Source: Octopus sinensis (lineage: Eukaryota). Taken from it: 64,000 nucleotides of DNA. Every line of letters starts with the position of its first letter. The stretch's first letter is position 1. A program made the position numbers and the translations under genes. Location of the stretch: positions 162,564,001 through 162,628,000 of the forward strand of contig NC_042999.1 in assembly GCF_006345805.1 (NCBI RefSeq), read 5' to 3'. This document shows, piece after piece, positions 1-11,813 of the stretch. The notes under the pieces are model-generated. The model had not been told where the DNA came from, did no database searches, and saw only the letters and a program-made list of their open reading frames with translations.

Positions 1-787
1 TCAAGAACAATCACAGAGGTATTACAACAAACATGCACAATATTTACCTGAGATGCTTGGAGGACATGTGCATACTCAAGATCCCATAACTAAAACATGG
101 ATCCCAGCAAAGGTTGTCAGTAGAGCTGAAACTCCAAGATCGTATATAATAGAAACGGAATCTGGTAGGCAGCTGAGACGCAACAGGGCCCACATCCGCC
201 CAATACCAGAGCTGTCGAGGAAAACGTGTACAACACCTGCTGCATTGGTGACAACACCCACAGAATCATCACCCCAACGGGCACCAACCACATATCAGCA
301 GCCCAACAACACACCTCAGACAGGTGCGAAGCAAAAGATCCACCAGATGGAGAAAGAACATTCTGCCACCGGTTCGATACCATTAAAGAAAAAAGAAAAT
401 GAAAAGAGAAGTATCTAATTCAGCTAGACTACAAAGCAGAGGCAGAATAACCTCACGACTTCTGCTGTAGGATTGCCACCTGAGGCTGACAATCCATAGA
501 GCAAGGGAGACTACTCATAGTTGTCTTCACTGCCAAAAGACCCCTTTATTTTTTTTCAAGAAAAAGGGATGTTACACATTCATATCTATGTGTTTGCGTA
601 TGCCAAACTACATCCCCACTCTTGGCACTATTTTGTTAGTGAACAGTACAACTGTGTGTAAAGTATATAATGTATCACTACGCTGAATGTCGTCGTCCGT
701 GTAACATGTAAAGTCAATAAACACGTAACAATAACAATGGTTTTCATTTGGTTGTCTTTCCCATTAGAACCCAAACTACACACAACA
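1..787 (+). mobile_element. 3' end of a Ty3/gypsy LTR retrotransposon (integrase C-terminus, PPT, 3' LTR); continues left of the window
   Basis: ORF 53-418 reads W-x-P-A-K-V-V...PRSYIIETESGRQLRRNRAHIR, typical of a gypsy integrase C-terminus. Polypurine tract AAGAAAAAGGGA (558-569) is followed by TGTTA at 570. AATAAA at 716-721 and an ...ACAACA end near 787. Confidence 0.8.
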
Positions 788-892
788 CCCATGTTTTGGA
801 TGAGGAAAATTGCACTACAGATTTAACTGTCCTTATAAAAATCGAAAATGCTTCAAGTGTGGTAAGACAGGTCATAAAAAATCACACTTTAA

Positions 893-1113
893 CCCTTTAG
901 CATTTAAACTGACCATATCCGGCCAAAATTATTCTGCCTGTTTTATGTTCAAACAGGCCAGATCTGGTCTCTCACACCAACCCTACAATATCGTTTTAAA
1001 AATTAACAGCTACCTCATCAAAATATCATAGCTACAAGATAATACATGATAGCTCAAAACAATGTGGATAAAAAAAGCATTAATTTTGGTAGAATAATGC
1101 GAACACTAAAGGG
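893..1113. mobile_element. Non-autonomous MITE with piggyBac-type ends
   Basis: TTAA (889-892) CCCTTTAG ... CTAAAGGG TTAA (1114-1117): inverted termini starting CCC plus a TTAA duplication. It interrupts the gypsy gag region. Confidence 0.8.
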
Positions 1114-2245
1114 TTAAAACAACCTAGAAAATGGCTCAACAGAAAAACACCATGTAAACAGTTTATCGGTGGCAAGAAATACAAATGAAACTCGAAGGAA
1201 ATTTGTGTATGTAAAAATTAATAATACGAATGTACAGTTACAGGTAGTGACATTACTTTAATTAATGAAAACACATTAAACAATATCAGGAAACCTACAC
1301 TACAGAAAACCTTGAAGAATACACATGGAGTCTTGGGGGATTAAATTAATTTTTAAGGACAACATTATCTGTAACGTTACATTTCACAGTTAGACTATAA
1401 AAACAAAAGTTTATGTATTAAAAAATACAAGCAACCTTTTTGGAACTGATAGGATGGAACTGTTTGACTTATAGGATTTACCCATAAATAATTTTTGTGA
1501 AAATGTAATGGGATCATGTGCCATTTCTATTACAGAGTCAGATAATTTTTTTGAAAAATGAATAGGTTGTTTCCTGATGTTTTTCAGATGAGTTGAGTCT
1601 GTGCAATAAATTTAAAGCAAAATTTCAGGTAAAAGAAAATTCATTACTAGTTTTCAAACCTAAACGTAATGTACCATTTGCAGCACTAGAACAAGGGAAT
1701 AAGGAATTAGACAGACTGGAAAAAATGAGAGTTACTGAAAAGATCAATTATCCAGATTAGGCATCTCCAACAGTGTATGTAAAAAAGAACAATAAAATTC
1801 ATGTATGTGCAGATTTTTTGATGGGGCTAAATGAATGTTTAAGACAATACAACGACCCATTACCAAGCCCAGAAGGAATCTTCTGGAAATTAAGCGATGG
1901 AAAATTGTTCTTGAAATTAGCCCTTTCTGATGCTTACTTACAAATACATGTGGAAGACGAATGTACTAAGCTGTTGACAATACCCATAATGGTCTGTACA
2001 AATTTAACTGGCTCCTGTTTGGTATAAAAGTTACTCCGGCTATATTCCAACAAGTGATGGATGTGATGCTTGCAGAGTGTAACTTCGTGATGGCCTACTT
2101 GGATGATATATTAATTAAAATGTATCCCGTGATCAGCATGTCAAGCATGTAAAATATGTTTTTGAAAGCAAAAGAGATTACAGTTTCAAACTGGGTGAAG
2201 AGAAATACAAATTTTTCTTGCCTAAAATTAAGTACTTAGGGCAAA

Positions 2246-2643
2246 TCTTTATATATAAAAGTAAGGTTGTGTGCTGTCTGTCTCCTACGATTTAGATTCC
2301 TAACTACTCCCACATTTTGCGGTGCGGTTTAACCAAAATCGGGTATCTTATAGTCGTGATTCATATCGAGCCCTTCTGGGTATTAGCGTGCGTCTACGAT
2401 GAGTCTACGATTTAAAAAAAAATTTACCATCAATTTTTCCCATTTTTAATGCATTTTTGGCAGATATAAGGGAAGTAACTCTCTAAAAATTTATTATTAA
2501 ATCTCAGAACGTAAAAACTACAGTAACACTCCCTCCCCTTTGTGGTTAGCCATATTGAGATGGCTATTATACTTTACATCTCTAAAAATGCTTATATAGT
2601 TATTTCCCTTACAAACCCGAGCAATGCCGGGCGATACTGCTAG
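2246..2643 (+). mobile_element. Non-autonomous Helitron, full-length copy
   Basis: Starts TC after A, ends with hairpin CCCG-agcaatgc-CGGG then CTAG before T. No TSD. Removing it restores the host RT frame K-I-K-Y-L-G-Q-I-I-D-K-N-G-H-Q-P-D. Confidence 0.9.
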
Positions 2644-4814
2644 TTATTGATAAAAATGGTCATCAACCAGATTCATTGAGGGCAGATGTGATTAAGAATA
2701 TACCCCCACCAACAAATATATCTTACAAACTTTTTTGGGACTTGCAAACTATTATCAGATTTATATACCAAATATACACACGATAAGAGCTCCACTAAAT
2801 AATTTACTACAAGAAGATGTAAAATGGAATTAGTCTGAAAATTGTCAGATGGCGTTTAACAAAATTAAGAAGATATTAACATCAAATTTGTCTTTAGCAC
2901 ATTTCAGTCCTACACTGGAAATTGTATTAACTTTAGATGCAGTGAGTACAGTATCAGAACAATAATTCTACGTAAATATGAGGATGGTAACATGAAGGCC
3001 ATGGCCTATGCTTCACATTCTCTGCTATCAGCAGGAAAATTTACAATCAAACTGAAAAAGGCTCTAGCAATTATTTTTACCGTAAAAAATTTCATAGATT
3101 CTTACATTGAAGAAGTTTTCAATTACAGACTGACCATTGTCCATTATTATCTATATATATAGGTAGAAAAAAAGAATCCCTACCCATACTGCTAATAGGT
3201 TGCAACACTGCGGTACTATATTACCAAATTACAATTTTAAGATGGAATTAATACCATCTAAGAAATTAGGGCATGCTGATTGTTTATCAAGATTGATACC
3301 AAAAAAATACTGATCCATTTGAGGATCCCGTGATTGCAATGTTGTGAGCAGAAAAAGAAATTAAAAATATTTTAAGTAATGTTGTACAAGAATTACCAGT
3401 TATATTAGAAAAAATCAAACTAAAAATGGGAAATGATGAATTTATTAAAAAAATGAAAGGAATTCTGAGTGCTGAAAAAAATATAAAAGTATGCATTTTG
3501 CAGAACACAACAGGAATTCAAACCTGTTCTCAATTTGTGTCAATGTGCTAATGTATGCAGAAAGAGTGGCAGTGCCAGAGGATTTCAAGAATGGAATCGT
3601 TGATGAGAAGCTATGCATATTGGCCAAGAACTAACTGAGAGATTGAAGAACTAGTGAAAGCATGCAGAGGCTGTGCCCTAGTAGCAAAATCACCTACCAC
3701 AAAACGGCAACCATGGCAAAAACAGATATGGTCCAGATTGCATGTTGATTTCACAGGTCCACTTAATGGTTCACATTACCTTGTTGTGGTAGACAGTTTT
3801 TCAAAGTGGCCTGAAGGACATAAGTATTAAAAACTAACATCCTTGGTTACAGTAAGGTTTTTACATGAACTGTTCACTGGATCTGGTATTCCTCAAGCTA
3901 TTGTGTCTGACAATGGAACTCAGTTTACTGCAGATGAGTTTTAAAAATTCTGTAAAGTGTTCTCTGTCAATCATGTGACCACTCTGCTGTATCATCCTTG
4001 GTCAAATGGACAGGCGGAGCATTTTGTCGGCACATTTAAGAGGGCTTTAAAGAAAGCGAACAATGAAATAAAGCACTTCTACAGTTTTTGAGGGTTTATT
4101 AAGTGACGTCAAATCTCAACACCCCGTCTGGGATGTCACTAGGAAGATTAGATCAGTGTTCGACGAGTTGTTACCAGATAAAAAAAAGAAAAATATCAGT
4201 CAACAAATATAATACAAAATTTTTCAAAATTAGTGACAAAGTTTGTTTTAAAATGTATAAAAATGGTAAAGAAATGTAGGAAGATAGAGTGGTTACTAAA
4301 CAGATTGGGAAAGTGTTATTTTTGGTGAAAGGTCACAACTACAAACATAAGAGACATATAAATCAACTAAAAAAGTTTACTGAGGAAATGGTCGCAAGAA
4401 ACGAAATTCCAATGGAAGCTTTTTATGATACATTTGATGTACCAACACATAAACAAATTGTGGAGACTACATGTTCAAGTACGAGAAAAAGAAAACAAAC
4501 AGAAGTACTTGAAATAGATCCTAAACACAAAAGATATTAAGCTAAATTTTCAAAAAGGTGAAGTGTTATGGGAGAATTCTGAACACCCCCTTGCAACTGA
4601 AGATGGACTAACCGATTACAATAAATAAGAACTGAGTGAACTGTCAAGGGGTTGGTAGATGAACAGTGAATACTGAGTATCGTACCTTCATTCAAATAGG
4701 ATGGAGTGCATTCCGGGTTAACATATATTTCTGTGATAGGTTATTTTTAGATAACCACAACCAACTATTTATTTGTGTAATACCATTTTACACCAGATGT
4801 ATATACCCACGTCA

Positions 4815-4960
4815 TATCACATACATATATACATACATGTATACACACACATATATATATAAATACATATACATATATATATATATATCTTCTTATATAT
4901 ATACATGTATGTATATATATATATATACATACACACACACACACATATATATATACATAC

Positions 4961-5002
<42 letters not shown>
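4815..5002. repeat. Compound (TA)n/(TACA)n microsatellite
   Basis: Read directly from the sequence. Confidence 0.95.
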
Positions 5003-5007
<5 letters not shown>

Positions 5008-5235
5008 TCACCAAGTTAAATATTTAAACCACCTGATGAATGACTGTAACTCGAAAATTTAAAGAAATTAACAGCCATGAAACGATCGTAGTGTTATATT
5101 AATTATATTTTTTAATAATTTTGTTATATATTTAAATAATATAAATTAAATAATCTTATGTATTGGCTTAAGTTTTTCATTGTATGATTTGCCTAATAGT
5201 GGTTTTATCTCTAATTTAATATAATATATATATAT
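5003..5235 (+). repeat. (TA)n-flanked AT-rich dispersed repeat carrying the hammerhead motif (Penelope-like terminal repeat or retrozyme-like)
   Basis: The 3' part (tatgtattggcttaagtttttcattg...ctaatagtggttttatctctaattta) recurs at 49080-49147, inverted at 48902-48975, and diverged at 48730-48775. Confidence 0.7.
5030..5093 (+). ncRNA. Candidate minimal type I hammerhead ribozyme motif, copy 1
   Basis: CAC-CTGATGA (5033-5039); stem II ATGACTGTAA / TTAACAGCCAT; GAAA (5079-5082); palindromic CGATCG; GTA cleavage triplet (5088-5090); GTG closing stem I. Confidence 0.6.
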
Positions 5236-5639
5236 ATCTTCTTATATAAAATGTGTGTATGTGTGTATTTTTGCTTTTCATGTAAAAATAGCTGCACAAA
5301 TTACTTCTATACTTGGGAAGCATGAATAATTTGACCTCAGATACATGATAGGGTCTTCAGTTTTTTTTTTTTTTATTAATTATAATTAATATTGCTTTAT
5401 ATATGATTCACTTCTGTAAAAAGGTTTCTTAATGTCAACTTCTGGTATTGATGTAGCAACGGCAGAATTTTCCATTTTCATTTGCAAAGTCTCTCACTCT
5501 CTATTTTAATGTTTTCACTTCAAGTTTTAATTCACCATTTGCAAACAACTACAATAAATTACTGAAAGAAATATTTACTAAGTTCATAAATTTAAATATT
5601 TGGTACAAGAGCTTTTATTTATATGATTTTTTCATTTCC

Positions 5640-6054
5640 TCTTCTCTCTCTCTCACACACACACACACATACAATTCAGTCACACACACTTGTGTTTTTG
5701 TAAGTACGTTTGTATACATTTATGTATGTGTTTGTTTGAGAGAGAGAGAGAGAGAAAGAGAGTGAGTCAGTCAGTCAAGGGGTGTGTTGTCATGTATAAA
5801 TACATATGCATACATCTTCTTTGTATGTGTGTGTGTGTGTGTATGAGAGAGACAGAGACAGAGAGAGAGTGATGTCTAAGTGGCACTCTCTCTCTCTCTC
5901 TCTCTCTCTCACTCACTCACTCACACACACACACACACTCATACATACAAAGATGTATGCATATTTATTTATGTATGTATGAATGCATGACAAGACACCC
6001 CTTCTATCTCTCTCTCTCTCTCTCTCACATGTCCATTTCATCTGATATTTGATA

Positions 6055-6093
<39 letters not shown>

Positions 6094-6125
6094 GTGTGTG
6101 TGTGTGTGTGTGTGTGTGTGCATGT
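5640..6125. repeat. Cluster of (CT)n, (CA)n, (GA)n and (GT)n microsatellites
   Basis: Read directly from the sequence. Confidence 0.9.
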
Positions 6126-6259
6126 GTGGGGCGTTCCACAATTGCCTTTTATTTCAATTACTCTTGTGAAGATATTCATGTGACTCATTTTTTCATTTAA
6201 TCCCATTTAAATTTTTGTAAAAGATGAGTTGGGATAGATGTAGATGATCAGTATTCTAC

Positions 6260-7325
6260 AGTGAAGCAAAGATGAGTATTGGTAGCCAGAGTCAATGTTG
6301 GACTCTGCAACTCTGTTGACTCTCTCAAGTATGTTTGCAAATATATAAACAAAGGTTTAGATGCTGCAACATACACTCTTATGCAGAATGGCAGTCAGCA
6401 GATAAATAAAAAGGACAAAGACGTACAGTATGACAGAGGAAGCCACATCAATGCCAATGAGGCTTTTCAATTTTCCCATTCATGAGAGGTACCCAGTCAT
6501 CATTCATCTCAGTGTCCATCTAGAGAATGGCCACGAGGTCATCTTTACAAAACAAACAGCCTTGCAACAAGCACTTTCTTCAAAAGAAACTGGCCTTATT
6601 ACCTTTTTTAAGTTGTGTCAAGTAGATGAAGATGCAAGAAAACTCCTTTACTCACAATTACCCAAGTATTACACCTGGAAAAACAATAAATGATACAAGA
6701 CAAAATTTGGGGCTAATGCCCTTGCAAGAGTTTACAGTGTTCCCCACAAGCCAAGCAGAATGCTACTACTTACGCCTCCTTTTGCATGAAGTATGTGGTC
6801 CCAAATCATTCCAAGATTTGAGGAGGGTAGATGGTCATGTGTGTGAAACTTATAGGGAAGTATGCTATCAACAAGGTTTTTTTTCAGAAAATGATAAACA
6901 TTGGGACCTTGCATTGACTGAAGCATCAGTATCAGATTCTCCAAGGAAATTCCGTAACCTTTTTGCAATTATACTGAACATGTGTCAACTTGGCAGTCCC
7001 CTACAGCTTTGGATGAAACATCATGAGGACATGGCTGAGGACTTAAAGTATGCAATTCAACAGGCAAACCCAGATATCAGTATTCAGTTCTCTGAAACAA
7101 TGTTTAACCAAGCACTGACTGAAATTGAGGATTGAGTTTTGGCCATGGGAGGCAAAAATTTGCAAGAGTCCTGCTCTGGATTGCTGAAAACAAGCCATCA
7201 AATTAGTGATTTAACTTCAGGAGACATATCAAGAGAGACAAATTATAACATCACAGACTTGGCTACATTTGTGAATGAACATGAACCTAAACTTCTTCCA
7301 GAACAATGCTGTGCATATGATAAAA
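6260..7325 (+). pseudogene. Decayed Helitron Rep/helicase fragment
   Basis: Successive frames give SLKYVCKYINKG, FPIHERYPVIIHLSVHLENG, FFKLCQVD..ARKLLYSQLPKYYTW, ECYYLRLLL..V.GPKSFQDLR.VDG and LLPEQ..AYDKI. These motifs lie between the Rep and PIF1 helicase domains of Helitrons. Confidence 0.85.
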
Positions 7326-7354
7326 TTTTTTGCTTTGTATTATTATTATTGTTG

Positions 7355-7601
7355 CCCCCGTGCCGGTGGCACGTAAAAGCACCATCCGTTCGTGGACGTT
7401 TGCCAGCTCCGTCTGGCACCTGTGCGGGTGGCATGTAGAAAGCACCCACTACACTCACGGAGTGGTTGGCGTTAGGAAGGGCATCCAGCCGTAGAAACAC
7501 TGCCAGATCAGACTGGAGCCTGATGCGGCCTTCCGGCTTCACAGACCCCATTTGAACCGTCCAACCCATGCTAGCATGGAAAGCGGATGCTAAATGATGA
7601 T
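7355..7601 (+). mobile_element. Short copy of the RTE 3' UTR (5'-truncated LINE or RTE-dependent SINE)
   Basis: gcacccactacactcacggagtggttggcgttaggaagggcatccagc ... (GAT)n, matching 54893-55065. Confidence 0.85.
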
Positions 7602-7740
7602 ATGAATCCAGAATTGATTTCCTAATTGAAGAATAAATTGAATTTAGAATAACAAATTTCTATACAACATATTTTACTTTTTTCTCCCAATATATAAGGA
7701 ACAATTTCATTCCCAAGCAACACCAGATGCTTCTGCTAGT

Positions 7741-7819
7741 ACACACACACACACACACACACCACCACCACCACCACCACCACCACCACCACCACCACCA
7801 CCACCACCACTACCACCAC

Positions 7820-7853
<34 letters not shown>

Positions 7854-8191
7854 GTCGTCGTCGTCATCATCATCATCATCATCATCGTCGTCATCATCAT
7901 CGTCGTCATCATCATCATCATCATCATCATCATCGTCGTCGTCGTCGTCGTCATCATCATCATCATCATCATCGTCGTCATCATCATCATCGTCATCATC
8001 ATCATCATCATCATCGTCGTCGTCGTCGTTGTCGTCGTCATCATCGTCGTCGTCATCATCATCATCATCATCATCGTCGTCGTCATCATCATCATCGTCA
8101 TCATCATCATCATCGTCATCATCATCACCATCGTCATCACCATCGTCATCACCATCGTCATCACCATCGTCATCACCATCACCATCACCGC

Positions 8192-8227
<36 letters not shown>
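7741..8227. repeat. Compound microsatellite (CA)n-(CAC)n-(CAT/CGT)n
   Basis: Read directly from the sequence; it explains the poly-His, poly-Ser and poly-Met ORFs. Confidence 0.95.
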
Positions 8228-8228
<1 letters not shown>

Positions 8229-8503
8229 TATGCTTTTAGTGGTATGTTATAGCAAAGTTAAGAAATCCATCTGTGGTTATGTCACATTGGCTTTAGCTAG
8301 GGAATAGGGCAGCCATAGTGTTTTGCTGTTCACTGTTTTTGCCACCCCCACTCCCTATAAATCAGCTCCCTTCAGATTCCCTACATCATATTTACAATAT
8401 TTGCCTCACGAAGTGGAAGTCAGATAAGTCAGATAAGCAGCTCATATTTTCTAACATGACACACATCTAAACCTCATTTTACAGTACTATCATTATTCAT
8501 TAA

Positions 8504-8799
8504 CTAGCAGTATCGCCCGGTGTTGCTTGGGTTTGTAAGGGAAATAACTATATAAGCATTTTTAGAGATGTAAAGTATAATAGCCATCTCAATATGGCTA
8601 ACCACAAAGTGGGGGAGTGTTACTGTAGCTTTTTACGTTCTGAGATTTAATAATAAATTTTTAGAGAGTTACTTCCCTTGTATATGCCAAAAATGCATTA
8701 AAAATGGAAAAAATTGATGGTAAATTGTTTTTAAAATCGTAGACTCATCGTAGATGCGCGCTAATACCCAGAAGGGCTCGATATGAATCACGACTATAA
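8504..8799 (-). mobile_element. Second, 5'-truncated copy of the non-autonomous Helitron
   Basis: Reverse complement of ~2350-2643, including the CTAG end (8504-8507) and the hairpin. Confidence 0.9.
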
Positions 8800-8800
8800 A

Positions 8801-8980
8801 AAAAGCTCCCACTACCTTCTTGGAGTGGTTGGTATTAGGAAGGACATCCAGCAATGGAAACCTTACCAGAACAGATTGGAGCCTGGTGCAGCCTGCTGGC
8901 TTGCCAATCCTCAGTCAAACCATTCAACCCATGCCAGCATGGAAAGCAGACGTTAAACGATGATGAGGATGATGATGATT
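8801..8980 (+). mobile_element. RTE 3' UTR short copy
   Basis: ggagtggttgg..taggaagg.catccagc ... aaacgatgatga. Confidence 0.8.
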
Positions 8981-9134
8981 TAGCAGTATGTTATAGCAGA
9001 GTTAAGAAATCCAATTGTTCAATTCTGTTTACTCTTGCTCTAAATCTTGAAAATTCCATCTCATCCATCTCTCCATTTGTGTTGCATATCTGGCCTGTTT
9101 AAAAGCACCCGACAATCATCAGGTAGTATGCCAT

Positions 9135-9528
9135 GCCTGTGAAGACCTGTTCAACCAAGTGAAATCTTAATCATGGCTGATACCAGTGTTGCCTGACTGG
9201 CACCCATGCTGGTGGTTCATGGAAAGCACCATTGAAGGGTGGTCAGTGCCATATGACTGGCACCTGTGCTGGTGGCATGTAAAAAGCACCATTCGAGCAT
9301 GGCTGATGCCAGTGCCACCTGACTGGTACCTGTGCCAGTGACAAGTAAAAAGTACCCACTACACTCTCAGAGTGGTTGGCATTAGGAAGGGCATCCAGCT
9401 GTAGAAACCATGCCAAATCAGATTAGAACCTGGTGCACCCTCCCAGCTTGCCAGTCCTCAGTCAAACCGTTCAACCCATGCCAGTATAGAAAGTGGATGT
9501 TAAACGATGATGATGATGATGATGATGA
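9135..9528 (+). mobile_element. RTE 3' UTR short copy with several internal hairpin modules
   Basis: Repeated gactggcacc.gtgc.ggtggca.gtaaaaagcacc modules, then the conserved terminal segment and (GAT)n. Confidence 0.8.
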
Positions 9529-9552
9529 TATATATATATATATGTGTGTGTT

Positions 9553-9633
9553 GGGGTCGAGTTGCTCGATTAAAGGCGGTGCTCCAGCATGGCCGCAGTC
9601 AAATGACTGAAACAAGTGAAAGAGTAAAAGAGT
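9553..9633 (+). mobile_element. 3' fragment of SINE family 1
   Basis: ggggtcgagttgctcgattaaaggcggtgctccagcatggccgcagtcaaatgactgaaacaagt...gagtaaaagag. Confidence 0.8.
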
Positions 9634-9899
9634 ATGTATAATATATATATATATCAGTGGCATGCAGTGACTTCTGAGGTTGGTCATGCAGTAAATATTT
9701 ATTGGCTGAGCTGAATCATTTCGAAATTATTTAGCTAAGAGAACACATTTAGTTATGTAATATGGCCATAGTTTTAGACCATTATGCAGTCAAAGACAAA
9801 TCAGCTGCTTTATCAGGCTACTTACCAATTTCAGGACACTCGCTCAAGCAGCCTCTTCTGATACTTACTGAACTCCACTCATTAAAAGACTATGTCGTG

Positions 9900-10004
9900 C
9901 ACACACATTGAACATATAGGCATACATATACACACACATTGAACATATAGGCATACATATAAACACACACATTGAACATATAGGCATACATATAAACACA
10001 CACA
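9900..10004 (-). repeat. Three ~31-bp tandem units related to the downstream minisatellite, in opposite orientation
   Basis: acacacattgaacatataggcatacatat(aa) x3. The reverse complement shares tgtgtgtttatat ... tgttcaatgtgtg with the large array. Confidence 0.75.
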
Positions 10005-10106
10005 ATGAATGACAGCCACAATTCAACATTGTAAAAGCCCTAAAAACACTAAACAAAACCTCTGTGGTCTCTTTCCATTCATTGGGAGGAGTGAAGACAT
10101 GAAATA

Positions 10107-11735
10107 TGTGTGTGTGTGTTTATATTTAAATGTGTATGTTTCAATGTGTGTGTGTGTTTATATTTAAGTGTGTATGTTTCAATGTGTGTGTGTGTTTATA
10201 TTTAAGTGTGTATGTTTCAATGTGTGTGTGTGTTTATATTTAAATGTGTAGTTTCAATGTGGTGTGTGTGTTTATATTTAAGTGTGTTGTTCAATGTGTG
10301 TGTGTTTATATTTAAGTGTGTATGTTTCATGTGTGTGTGTGTGTTTATATTTAAGTGTGTATGTTTCAATGTGTGTGTGTGTTTATATTTAAGTGTGTAT
10401 GTTTCAATGTGTGTGTGTGTTTATATTTAAGTGTGTATGTTTCAATGTGTGTGTGTGTTTATATTTAAGTGTGTATGGTTCAAATGTGTGGGTGTGTTAT
10501 ATTAAGTGTGTATGTTTCAATGTGTGTGTGTGTTTATATTTAAGTGTGTATGTTTCAATGTGTGTGTGTGTTTATATTTAAGTGTGTATGTTTCAATGTG
10601 TGTGTGTGTGTTTATATTTAAGTGTGTATGTTTCAATGTGTGTGTGTGTTTATATTTAAGTGTGTATGTTTCAATGTGTGTGTGTGTTTATATTAAGTGT
10701 ATGTTCAATGTGTGTGTGTGTTTATATTTAAGTGTGTATGTTTCAATGTGTGTGTGTGTTTATATTTAAGTGTGTATGTTTCAATGTGTGTGTGTGTTTA
10801 TATTTAAGTGTGTATGTTTCAATGTGTGTGTGTGTTTATATTTAAGTGTGTATGTTTCAATGTGTGTGTGTGTGTTTATATTTAAGTGTGTATGTTTCAA
10901 TGTGTGTGTGTGTGTTTATATTTAAGTGTGTATGTTTCAATGTGTGTGTGTGTTTATATTTAAGTGTGTATGTTTCAATGTGTGTGTGTGTTTATATTTA
11001 AATGTGTATGTTTCAATGTGGTGTGTTTTATATTTAAGTGTGTATGTTTCAATGTGTGTGTGTGTTTATATTTAAGTGTGTATGTTCATGTGTGTGTGTG
11101 TTTATATTTAAGTGTGTATGTTTCAATGTGTGTGTGTGTGTTATATTTAAGTGTGTATGTTTCAATGTGTGTGTGTGTGTTTATATTTAAGTTGTATGTT
11201 TCAATGTGTGTGTGTGTGTTTATATTTAAGTGTGTATGTTTCAATGTGTGTGTGTTTTATTTAAATGTGTATGTTTCAATGTGTGTGTGTTTATTAAGTT
11301 GTATGTTTCAATGTGTGTGTGTGTTTATATTTAAGTGTGTATGTTTCAATGTGTGTGTGTGTGTTTATATTTAAGTGTGTATGTTTCAATGTGTGGTGTG
11401 TGTTTATATTTAAGTGTGTATGTTTCAATGTGTGTGTGTGTATTTTAAGTGTGTATGTCAGTGGTGTGTTTATTTAGTGTGTATGTTTCAATGTGTGTGT
11501 GTGTGTTATATTTAAGTGTGTATGTTTCAATGTGTGTGTGTTTATATTTAGTGTGTATGTTTCAATGTGTGTGTGTGTGTTTATATTTAAGTGTGTATGT
11601 TTCAATGTGTGTGTGTGTGTTTATATTTAAGTGTGTATGTTTCAATGTGTGTGTGTGTTTATATTTAAGTGTGTATGTTTCAATGTGTGTGTGTGTTTAT
11701 ATTTAAGTGTGTATGTTTCAATGTGTGTGTGTGTT
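10107..11735 (+). repeat. Minisatellite, ~36-40-bp unit, roughly 40+ copies
   Basis: Unit (gt)n-ttatatttaagtgtgtatgtttcaat, highly homogeneous apart from (GT) length and single-base dropouts. Confidence 0.95.
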
Positions 11736-11813
11736 CATGCATCATTGTAGCTTGATAAAGCAGCTGATTTGCATTTGACAACTTTACAGTTTAAACAAAA
11801 GAATGCCCTTTAA

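Larger units (their letters stand above)
788..4723 (+). mobile_element. Decayed Ty3/gypsy (K02A2.6-like) LTR retrotransposon, 5' part missing: gag knuckle, RT, RNase H, integrase, 3' LTR 4564-4723
   Basis: CFKCGKTGH knuckle (~850-875). RT motifs VCADF and AYLDDI (~2093), and KYLGQ/IIDKNG split by a Helitron. Integrase RLHVDFTGP...VVVDSFSKWPE, VSDNGTQF and SNGQAE (3735-4020). Purine tract AAAAAGGTGAAG, then TGTTA...TAACA. Many stops and frameshifts. Confidence 0.9.

Noticed and set aside
7727-8307. 170-aa poly-His, poly-Met/Thr and poly-Ser ORFs
   Set aside because: They are translations of a triplet microsatellite, with no splice or complexity evidence.
10107-11735. Many Cys/Val-rich ORFs and a possible CRISPR-like periodicity
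   Set aside because: This is a head-to-tail minisatellite with no unique spacers and no cas genes, in eukaryotic context.
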